DNA of 64,000 nt from Eledone cirrhosa (Eukaryota). Position 1 is the stretch's first letter. Each line of letters starts with the position of its first letter. This document shows, piece after piece, positions 1 to 11,200 of the stretch. The position numbers and the translations under genes are program-made. The stretch covers positions 22,754,001 to 22,818,000 of the forward strand of contig OZ024755.1 of assembly GCA_964016885.1 (NCBI GenBank), read 5' to 3'. Under the pieces are notes generated by a model, which did not search any database, was not told the DNA's origin, and was given only the letters and a program-made list of their open reading frames with translations.

Positions 1-189
1 ATAAATATAAATACATGGAAAGTTATATTCAAGTCGATGTTGTTAGGGTATGTCGAATCTATCTATAAAACTGTTTATATTGTATTTTGTCTGAGGAAGG
101 CATAGCATATTGTTAATATGATATCCCTGAAATATATATGATGAAATAGATATGGTTTTATAAATATAGTTTCCATTTATTTAATATTG

Positions 190-236
190 TATATATATAA
201 ATATATATATATATAAATATATATATAAATATATAA

Positions 237-267
<31 letters not shown>

Positions 268-300
268 AATATATATAAATATATATATATATAAATATAA

Positions 301-342
<42 letters not shown>

Positions 343-359
343 TTATATATATATATATA
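190..359. repeat. (TA)n microsatellite
   Basis: Direct observation; another long TA/TG/CA array at 60397-60548. Confidence 0.95.
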
Positions 360-1550
360 GGCCTTAAAGTTAACTTGTCTAAGACTAAAGTTCTAGTTTG
401 TAGGAAGGAAAATAGGGCACCGGTCCCATCTGGGAAATGGCCATGCTCAGTGTGTAGGAAAGGAGTAGGTAGAAACTCCATTTTATGTCCCAAATGCAAA
501 GTATGGGTACATAAAAGACGTAGTGGGATCACAGGTAAGCTAACTAAGAATATAGATTTTATATGTGGCTGGTGCTCAGGTGCAATAAGTAGCAGCAAGT
601 GCGCACAGCATACTAACTCATTCCATTGCACAGATGGTTCTATAAAAATAGTGGACAGCTTCCGTTACCTGGGTGATAAAATCAGCAGTGGGGGAGGGTG
701 CTCTGAAAGTACAGTAGCTAGAGTCAGAACGGGATGGAAAAAGTTCAGAGAGCTTATACCACTATTGGCCGCTAAAGGGTTCTCTCTAAAAATGAAAGGC
801 AGGCTGTATGAAACGAAGCTTGCATGAGAGAAACGAAGCTTACATGCTCCGCTGGATGTGTAATAGTAATATACGTGAACGGCAAAGCATAAACGAACTA
901 AGGGAGAAATTAGAAATAAGAGGGATCAGATGTTGTTTACTCGTGAGAAGACTACGTTGGTATGGTCACATGATGCGCATGAAAGACGACAGCTGTATAA
1001 AAAAGTGCAGGGCAATAAAAATAGACGGTAGCCACGGAGTAGGCAGACCCAGAAAAACCTGGGACGACTTGATTAATTCTGACCTCACACACTTACACCT
1101 CTCCAAGACAATGTCACTGGACCGAGATCTTTGGCGCTACACAGTAATAGAGAAGACCCGCCTTACCTAAGTACAAAGTGAAACCTACTACAGTCAGTAG
1201 GCACCTCTAACAAAATACACCCCCGTCCCACTACCCCCACCCCATCCACACCACCCCTTTCAATGTAAAGTTATGTTGGTACCACAACATCCAGCCTGAA
1301 ACAAATGAGGTCGTGTAGGTGTCACGACAAAAAAACACAGCCCACGCTGTAATGTGGCCGTGTAGGTAACACGGTAAAAACCTCCCAGTTCCACACTGTA
1401 AATGTGGTTGGTGTGAGGAAGGGCATCCAGCCGTAGAAAACCCGCCAGACAGTCCTATGCGAGCAAGGCAACCACTCTTGCATCAAGTGGGAAAACTCCC
1501 GTCCAAGCCCATGCAAGCGTGGAATATGGACGTTAAACGAAGATGATGAT
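360..1550 (+). mobile_element. 5'-truncated RTE-type LINE (RT C-terminus with PHD-like finger, 3' UTR, GAT tail)
   Basis: [11 protein letters not shown]...[27 protein letters not shown]...VDSFRYLGD...RRLRWYGHMMR...GRPRKTW; frameshift/deletion near 810-830; (GAT)n tail. Confidence 0.9.
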
Positions 1551-1649
1551 GTATGTATGTATATAAAAGGTAAACAGAAATAACAATACAATCGGTACAG
1601 TATATGGAAGGGATATATTAGGTTAACGCTTGATATAGCAGGAAGAGAG

Positions 1650-1685
1650 TCTTAACGTTTCGGACGATAGTCCTTCACCAGAAGA
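1650..1685 (-). ncRNA. Penelope-type minimal hammerhead ribozyme-like motif (core variant)
   Basis: TCTT-CTGGTGA-A-GGAC(tatc)GTCC-GAAACGTT-AAGA; stems I and II intact, A6 replaced by G. Confidence 0.55.
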
Positions 1686-1790
1686 AAGAATGAGAAATAA
1701 GATAGATTGAGGTGAAGGGCAGGATGGAATTGGAAAAAATGTCTTTAGATGAAAATAACAGGTCCTTTCATGTTGACATCTCTTGCATTA

Positions 1791-1887
1791 CAGGGTGTCG
1801 CCTAAAATATATACTCTTTGATTACCTGTACAGGCAATATTTATTAGAATGTTGTTGAAGTGTGTATACTATTTTGGGGACACCCTG
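1791..1887. mobile_element. Tc1/mariner-type MITE
   Basis: TIR cagggtgtcgcctaaaat / attttggggacaccctg. Confidence 0.7.
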
Positions 1888-3085
1888 TGTGTGTGTGTGT
1901 ATATATAAATTTACTCTTAAACTATTTCAAGCTATCTTATATTATCAGCATATGTGTTGGGGTGGGGGATTTGAACTGTGCTGTTGTGTAATTTCATGTA
2001 CACCATTTACTTCGATATAACGAAGCAAAAGTTATTAACACACACACATGCAGTATCGGTAGAGGGTCGAACGCTATTCTTTGCATCATAGAGTTACGGC
2101 CCTTTACGGTCTGAGTTCAAATGCCGCCGAGGTTAACTTTACGGGATCGATAAAATTGCTGGCCTTGAACCAAAAGTAAAAACAATTATTGATAGCATCT
2201 CAAATTCAGTGCAACTGTGTCAGTCATCAGGTCGCGGAGGTGCTACGAAAGTTTTTGATGGTACACAGTACTTTAAAAATAAACAAAACGAGAATATAAG
2301 TTTCTGTTATCTTCTGTGTTCCTTTCAATTTCAATGGTCGGTTTAAAATCATGTCACTTGCCACATAAGTACACACACACGGAGCATATGTATGGAGGGG
2401 AATATCAGGTGTAGCGGGAAGCATGGAAGTTTTGAAGGATGCAGTGTCTCGACAACTAACAACTGATGTGAAAAAAAAAATGTTTCAAAAAGTCATGGGG
2501 GCTGTACTGTGTTGAATATAGTGCGGTGCTAACTCAGAGCGTCTATACTTCGCTGCATCAAAACCTCAGCATCATGGATTTTAGCGTACGCCTAGTTCCT
2601 AAATCCTTTTCTATTATATATATCGTTGCAGTCACTGGATTCTTTTCGCATATTCTGATCATATAACACACACACACATTATATATATATACCGAGGTTT
2701 ACTTTGCCTTTCATCCTTACGGGGGGGGGGGGGGGGTCGATAAAATAAAGTACCAGTAATGCACTGTGTTATTGCTGGCCTTGTGCCTAAAGTAGAAACA
2801 ATTATATATATATATACCATATATTTATATATATATATATATAATCATTAATACATGCATATATATTATTATATAATAGTAACATGTGTAATGAATTCAC
2901 TGAACGCAACGAGATATTTTCATTTTCTGAATCCGAAATCAATTGTCAATGATACCCTTACTAAATTTAATTTTAAAAATAAACATTTAAAATGACAACT
3001 GAAAAAAAATATTCATAATATTGATAGAACAACAGTACGGGAAGATAGCAACATAAAACAGAATTACGTATTGTGGAAATTTTAC

Positions 3086-3333
3086 CTACTTATTATTCCT
3101 GCTGTATATGCTGTCTCTTTTTTAGTTGTTGAAGGACCAGTAACGATATGGTCGTCGTGTTTAGCTGTGTGGGTAGGCGATGCCATGCTGGAACCCAACC
3201 TAATGTTCGGCGAAGTAAAACTAAAACACCGACAAGTAAATGCGGTCGACGCTGGCACAACTACAGAAATGTTTGTCCGGTAGAAAATATAACCGAACAA
3301 TTTATGTAAAGGTGAAATCATTAACCGAGTCAT
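3086..3333 (-). CDS. Probable first coding exon of an unidentified gene, possibly with mitochondrial presequence
   Basis: ATG ORF MTRLMISPLHKLFGYIFYRTN...; Arg/Ser/Thr-rich N-terminus lacking acidic residues; ends at AG|GTAAAA; non-repetitive and CpG-containing. Confidence 0.5.
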
Positions 3334-4189
3334 TGATTTAAGTGTTTTTCTTCACAGACATTATCGTTGTTGTTTCATAAAGCAATTACATAGGAGAACA
3401 GCAAAAATATAAGTTCATTGTGTAAACAAACAAAGTTGTCCTTGGTGGAAAACATATTAACACTGACTCGAAGTTAGTTAAATTTGAGTTATCTCCCCCT
3501 GGCAGTGATTCGTTTGTCCAACCCTTTCGCTTGCATTTTGATGTGGTCCAAAATGGGCGTATAACTGCCGGCTTTTTTTCTCTTCCCTTTGTATTTGAGA
3601 GAATTGAAAGTTAAAATTATAAAAGGTAATGAAATCATTTGGCGGACAATTAGCAGAGTTGTTAGAACGTTGGACAGAATGTCTGAGTTCAATATCCTGC
3701 CCAGCTCAACTTTACTTTTCATCCTTTTGAGGTCGATGAAAAAGTGTCAGTCTAGTACTAAGATCTATTCTTCTTCTATGTTCATACCTAAAAATGAGTT
3801 GGACTCTGCCAATTTTTTTTTTTTCTGTCCTAAGAATCGCCGTATGTCACTACGTCGCCCCTACGAATCCACTAGTAGTTATGAGCCAGAGAGAAGAATG
3901 AAATCAATACTTTGTGGTGGGGACAGAAATGGAATAATGGATAGAAAGATAGATATGTACTTTAACGGCTTAATGGAGGCCCGTTTAGGCGTTTCTTTTT
4001 TTATAACATTACGAATTCATAATTCTTATACAAAATATACACACAAATAATATATACAATACTTAATTATATAAATATTTTACATAGAAATATAAAAGTA
4101 AAACGAAAGAAAATATTAATTCAACACTAAGTAATATGTGACAATCAGTCACACCACAAGGAGCTGCCGGAACCTCTCTCTCTAATATT

Positions 4190-4350
4190 TTTTTAAGGCA
4201 AGCCAACACACTCGCAGCATTATCGCAGATGACAGCGAGGCTAAGGTACTGGAACACCAAGCACCGTTATGGGTATCACCAGACACCTCGGTAAGGCAAG
4301 CCGCTAACAATGAGAAGAACTTTAACAACGGTCCAGCTCCCCCATACTAA
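4190..4350 (-). mobile_element. CRE-like (restriction-like endonuclease) retrotransposon 3' remnant
   Basis: VFQYLSLAVICDNAASVLAC resembles the FQRLSLAIxRGNAASV terminal motif; related copy at 21220-21350. Confidence 0.55.
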
Positions 4351-4769
4351 AAATGCCCAGAAAATCACCCTGTGTTTTATAAACAAAAAGTTAGTGTTTG
4401 GGTTACTGGTAAGTGGTGGTTCTGGTACTGCAGTGCCCTGTAAACTGAACAGCAATCATCTCTTATAAAGTGGTTTACACATAGTTTTTCTGGGCTCTTA
4501 AGGCTTCCATACCATCATTCTCCAGATTTTCCTGTATTTCTGATTTCCTTTAATTCTTATTCTGATGTCACGGGAAAGGCCTTAACATTCATAACTGTCT
4601 GTCTATCTCATTTTTTCTAATGAGCAAGAAGTCAATCTGCCATGTGTGTTCATCTGATTGGTAGGTGATCAAGTGGCTAGCCAGTTTCTTGATTAATGTT
4701 GCAAATAAATAGGTCATTTGCATCACTGAATTCTTGGAGCTTTGATCCCTCTTCATTTCTCAAGCCATA

Positions 4770-5160
4770 TCCATAGCTAGAAAAATGAAGAGGTCTTGAC
4801 CAACATGTCCATTGAAGTCACTAGCTCCACACATGTTATATTTATTTTGGAATCCCTAAACACCTTACATGAGATGAAGAGCAACACCTGGATACAACAG
4901 CAGACTGGAGTGAAGGACATAATCAAAACCATCAAGAAGAGAAACCATAGATGGGCTGGTAATGATCTTGTCTCAGAGATAATAGGTGGCCACAGCAAGG
5001 CAGTGGAGAAGAACTAAAGGGGCAGCCAAAGGCAAGATGGCATCACAATCTGAACTGATACCTTGGCCCCACGTGGTCCAATATGGCTCGAGATAGGAAG
5101 TGGTAGAGGTCAACCAGAGAGGGGTTCCTCCAACAGGAGTGAGAAGGCTCTGGAGTTTGA
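4770..5160 (+). mobile_element. Decayed RTE LINE 3' fragment
   Basis: NTWIQQQTGVKDIIKTIKKRNHRWAG. Confidence 0.6.
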
Positions 5161-5971
5161 ATTTTGAATTTCCTAAACCCAACACTTGTATACAAAGGTA
5201 TAATATTGATGTGACAATGTTGTAAGTACATAAATCATCATCGATTAACATCCATTTTCCACACTAGCATGGATAGGACGTGCTGTCCTGTTGTGAGACA
5301 TCCAGGTTCTGCTCACACAGAACTGATTTGGGTTTGGTTTCTATGGCTGGATGCCCTTCCTAATGCCAACCACATTTACAATGTGGACTGGGTGCTTTTT
5401 GTCGTGACACCTACATGACCACTTTACAGTGGGGCTGGGCACTTTTTATCATGATTCCTACACACGCGCTTTACAATGTTTGTATATTTATAATTGGAAT
5501 AAAATTTATAGAACTAACAATTTTAATGTATTGACCAAGAAATCTGCTTGCCTTTTTAGTGAATTCTGTTCTGTACTGAGTCATCCTTAGACAGTTCCAA
5601 GAATATATTTGTATTTCTTATCTTTTTTTTTCTCTATAGAAGCGGTTTCTAACCTCTCCTTCAATTTCATCACAATGTATTTATTTCAAGATACAGAAAG
5701 AACTGACCTTGGAATGAGGAAAGGGAAAATTGACCATGGCAGGATTTGAACTCAAAGAGTAAAGTGGTAGAACAAATACCGAAAGGCATTTTATTTAATG
5801 CTCTAAGTAATAACTTTATCAATTTGCTGCCTTCATTTTAACAGAAATTTATTCATTTTCATAAAATACCATTTTTGAAAATATTTTTATTTATTCTCAT
5901 TTAGATTGAAATAAAGTCAAATAGTGATAGATAAATAAATAAATAAATAGAAAGATGGATAGATAAATAAA

Positions 5972-6173
5972 TACAAGGGTTGGCTGAAAAGTTCATAGGC
6001 TGACTTTGAAGGATTGATGTTAGTGCTGTGGAATCTTGCATGCATTAATTTCAACTCTTCTTATCAATAACAACATTGTTTCTTTCCAGAAACTATGTTG
6101 AACGATAAACCTCATTTGATCATTCCATGAGAGTATCTTGGTCAGCCAATGAACTTTTCAGCCAACCCTCGTA
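5972..6173. mobile_element. Mariner-type MITE
   Basis: TIR tacaagggttggctgaaaagttcat / atgaacttttcagccaaccctcgta with TA ends; copies at 30710-30910 and 44540-44709. Confidence 0.85.
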
Positions 6174-7325
6174 GATAGATAGATAGATTGATAGATAGAT
6201 AGATAGATAACTAAATAAATAAGTACGTAGGTAGTTTGAGAAATATATAAATAATTCAACAATATTTTGAAAACAAGTGATAGGAAAGAAAACTTTTCAC
6301 AAAGCATTCCAGAATCTAAAGCAAGTATTTGCTCTTGAGGCAAAACATCATAGCTCTTAATAGAACCAATTTCACTCTGCAATAAGAGAAGGAAAGAACA
6401 AGAGGCGTAGAGTGTGAAAGAGAGAGATGGTGAAGAGTTAGTAAATTGTGTGTGTAAATGTAATAATGTAGTGTGTATTTATGTATCTTTGTGGAATCAA
6501 TATGTGCCTGATGTATATTATGTGACTATAAATGTTTTCAGTGTGTGTATGTGGTGTGCGTTGTGATTTTGGAGTATGTATAATATTTGAGTGTTTGTAT
6601 CAATATGCCTCAACAGGGCTGCTACAGCACCTTGGAATGCCACTGATTCTATTTAGTGGTAAATTAAGATCAGTAGTGGTCCATTTATAAGTTTGGGATA
6701 TACTTCTAGAATTTAAATAAAAAAAAGTTAACTATGAGTCAGTTCACATATATGACTACTGATAATAAGCTGTGGGAAAAAAAAGTTATATAGACTTTTG
6801 CCACATGTATGTGGTAAGGTGTTTCATTCATCAATATTCAAAATAATAGCTTCTAAAATGTGAATTAACATGCAGCTTTTTGTGTAAATATGCATTCTGT
6901 GGCATGTTAATAGATATAAATGAATAAATAAAAGCAGCATCATAGCACATGCATAATTAAATAGAACTTTAAATACAACAAATAAAACTTAAGGAAAATT
7001 GTTACTTTTTGAAAGAAAATCATACCACAGTTTCTTTCTAAGTGCATGTTTTTTGTTTTGTTTTCTTCTTATCATTATTATTATTATTACATTTTTTTGT
7101 TTATTTTTCTTATATTCTTTTAAATTTACTTTTGGTAGTATAACTACGTCTGTGATTACAAGAAGTGGATAATTCTGTAAGAACTTGGTAGAAGACCAAA
7201 ATATCAACAACATCAAAGAGATAATCTCTTAAGTCACCTATTAAGGCAGGAAAACATATTGCTATTGATAAGTGTTCACAGAAGTGTTGGTCTGAATTAA
7301 TATTAGATTAATTTTCTCTGAGTGT

Positions 7326-7355
7326 TCAATACGGAGAATATTTCACCAGAAAGTT
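7326..7355 (-). CDS. TCFL5-like terminal coding exon
   Basis: Strong acceptor ttttttattttttcag then NFLVKYSPY-stop in phase 0. Confidence 0.7.
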   Translation of the reverse strand, partial: NFLVKYSPY

Positions 7356-8228
7356 CTGAAAAAATAAAAAATATAAACTTGAAAATAAAAGTTGAAAAAA
7401 AAAAATTAATCCAATATCTGGAATAAGAAACTAATAAGACTATAAGCTTAAACTGGATTTTATGAAGAAGCCCCTATGTGGGCACGTGACCTGCAAGAAA
7501 TAGCAGCCAAAACTCCCTCTGATCGGTTTACCAGAATAAAAATTAAAGAATACATTGGGGTTTAGGAGATAAATGAACTTTGAAATGCACTCAGTTTAAC
7601 CCTTTTGATACCAAACAACCTGAAACTGGCCCTGGTTCTATGGTACAAAACTGTTTAAAAATTCATATTTAGTAGGGAAAGTGGATGTTAAAACGACAAT
7701 GATGATGATAAAAATCTTCTATCATAATTTTTTTCACATGTGATTATTTTATAAGTTTTGATCTTTCTTTAAATTAGGAAAGGACACATATACACACATA
7801 TATAATGGGGATTTAGATCAATACAATGCTAAAAGTATTAGAAGCCATCACAATTATTCTGACTTCATTGACTGCAAAACTGCTTAATGATAACATGTAT
7901 GAAAAGAACTATTTCAGAGCCAACTCAGAATATGTTCGCAGCACAACTATATCTGAATAGTATATGCTAAGGCTAATAACAATCAATGAAAAAGTTAAAA
8001 CTTACATTCCAGTGCCTGGACCGTAATGGTTTTGATCCGTGAAAAAACTTGCTAATTACAAGTATTAGAAATTGATGATTTATAAATTAGGACTGGGGTC
8101 TCATCAACAGGCTATTCTGATAATACCCGAAAAATTCTAAATAGAGATGAAGCCAACTTGGCTATGTCCTTGTGTTCTGCTAGAACTGCTGACAAATTTG
8201 TAGTATCTAACAAAAACAGGCTATTAGG

Positions 8229-8265
<37 letters not shown>

Positions 8266-11200
8266 CATACACACACACACAGAGATACCAGACTTCATTC
8301 GCTTACTGAGTGAGGTGGACCAAAGAAGCAACTTTCCCATTAGTCTTTCCATTGCTAATACTATCTACCAGTTACAACTCCTGGAATGAGGTGATAAAAG
8401 CTGATCTTGTCCAACTGCACCTCTCAAAGGTGATGACAGGACCGAGACCTCTGGTGTTACCCAGTAATACAGAAAATCCGACTTCCCACTGGTACAAGCT
8501 GAAGCATATAGATAGTATGCCCCCACCCCACCCACTGTAAAGTGGTTGTGTAGGTGTCATGCTAAAAAAGCCCAGTCCACACTGTAAAGTGTTCATGTAG
8601 GCGCCACGATAAAAAGCACCCAGTACTTACTGTAAATGAGGTTGGTGTTAGGAAGGGCATCAAGCCAGAATCAGTTCTGTATGAGCAAGACATGGTCACC
8701 TGACCTGGCATTTCCCACAACAGGACAACTCATCTAACCCATGCTAGCATGGAAGAATGGGTGTAAAACGGTGGTGATGATATATATATATAAAATGTTA
8801 TAATTCTCCCTTGGTTATATTATTATTAATTCTCTAAGAGAATGTCACTGAATCAAGATCTTTGGCATTATGCAGTTATACAGAAGACCCACCTTACCTT
8901 ACGTACAAACTTAAACCTAGTCTGTAGGCACCTCTTAACCCAATATACACCCCACCCCTACTCTATCCTTCCACACCACCCTTTCTCTGTAAAGTCATGT
9001 TGGTACCACAGAACATCCAATCCACACTATAAAGTGGCCATGTAGGTGACACGACAAAAAGCACCCAGTCCACACTGTAAATGTAGTTGGCATTAGGAAA
9101 GGAATCCCGCCATAGAAAACCTGCCAGAAACAGTTCTTTTCAAGTGAGACACGGTCACCCGATCAATCTTGCCTCAAGTGGGACAAACCCGTCCAACCCA
9201 TGCTAGTGTGGAAGATGGACGTTAAACGATGATGATGATGATTTGAAAATATAGATACCACAATGCAGATTATTACAAATAATAGTTGAATAAATTAGGT
9301 AAAGTATCCTTGGAAATGGGGAAAAATGAACAGAGACAACTGTTTGGGAATCAAACTACACATGACTCATAAATGTTTCAATGTGTTCACTTGGTTTATT
9401 AAAGTTGCTTTACATAATTTATTCAACTATATTTATAGTTATCAACATTAGGGCCAATATATTTTCAAATTTTCCAATACTTCATAAGTCAACCAAATGA
9501 CTATATATATATAGTTGATGTCTGAGAGAAAGGAGCATTCAATACTGAAGGAGAGTTTTAATAATTATTATCATTAAGGCTAAAAAGTGAGTTTTGTTTC
9601 TCTGGAGTTTTGCCTTATTGCAGGAGTGACCCTGCAATAAACTGGTGAAGTTCCAGAGAAATAAGACTCGCGTTTTAGCTTTCATAATAATTATTTCTAA
9701 TGATTAGACATATCTGTGTGTGTGTGAGAATTTAATAACCTCTCTAGTGCTGGCGCCATGATAAAATGCACACAGTACACTGTGAGGTCATTGCTAGCAG
9801 GGAAAGCAGATGTTAAATGATGATGATGCATCAGTGTATATCTATCATCATTTTACGTATACTTTTAACACTGAATGGGTTGTGATGGTCCAAGACCAGA
9901 CAAGTCAGATAAACCCATTTTGTTCAGATGTTCTATGGCTGGATGCCCTTCCTAACACCAACCACCTTACAGGGTGTACTGTGTGCATTTTATCATGGCA
10001 CCAGCACTAGAGAGGTAGTTACATTCTCATTCACACAAAAGAGTCTTTCCAAACCCTATATTGTTCTGTTCAATTGCCAACACTGTAAACCACTGGTCAC
10101 TCGCTACATTTACTTTTTGTTTTGCAGTGCTTGTACTATATTTTATAGCACATCGCCAGTCAGCTCAGTCCCATGTCATCTCTTTCATTGTCTTCAGTTT
10201 CTTAAAGTTATTCCTTCCAACTTTGTCCCATGTCTTCTTTTGTTTCCTTCTTCCGCAGGTTCCATCTACATTAGCACTTGGCACTTTATAATACAGCTCT
10301 CACTCTTTTTACACATCATATGACCATACCAGTGCAATAATCTCTCTTACATGTTACATTTACTTCCTCTTACACTCTATATTTCTCTCAGTGCACTTGT
10401 ACTTTGTCTGTCATGTACACTAACATTACACATTCAGTGTAACATGCACGCATCCAAGAATTCATGAAGGCCATCAAACGAATGAAAGCTGGATGAGCTC
10501 CCACTCCAGATAACATCCCATTGGAGCTCTTCACATATGGTGGATATGGATTGAGAACCAAGCTGTTCTCCCTAATGTTGCAAATGTGGAACACCAAGAA
10601 AAGTCAGTATGCAACAACTACTGTGGCATCTCCATGCTCAGCATTGTCAGCAAGATCTTCGCCAGAATTCTTCTGGATTGTGTGTTGCATGTTGCAGTGG
10701 AGATCCTTCCAGAATCTCAATTGACATGATCTTCTGTGTGAGGGAACTCTAGAAGGCACGCGAACAGCAGCAACCTCTTTTCTTCATCTTGGATCTTCAC
10801 AAAGCCTTCGACAGGGTTTCCTGAGCAACAATGTGGTCTGTGCTGCTTCACTTTGGCTTTGCTTATAAATATATATATAATACATATACTAAGAGACTTC
10901 CTACCAAGTGTTGTGTTTCTCCAAGTAATAATAACTATGATTTGCTAGATTCACATCTAGATAGAGTGTATAGCTTGGAGATCAGAGTCACTCCAGAAGG
11001 AGGAGATTTGCAACATTTTATAACTATAAATATTGTTTTGGTACAACTCATAGAGTAAAGTATAAGTTTCGACCAAACCATATCAAATGGGCTAGATTAA
11101 ATTCTTGGCTGTAGTTTTTTTATTTTATTTTACACAGCTAATGTCTTTAAGAAAGGTATGAATGCGCTTTTACATGAAGTCAATTGTGCTGAATACCAAC

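Noticed and set aside
158-631. 157-aa minus-strand ORF with (IY)n
   Set aside because: Artefact of the TA microsatellite plus antisense LINE.
3589-4050. 153-aa plus-strand ORF
   Set aside because: Non-ATG start, overlaps a decayed SINE, no recognisable homology.
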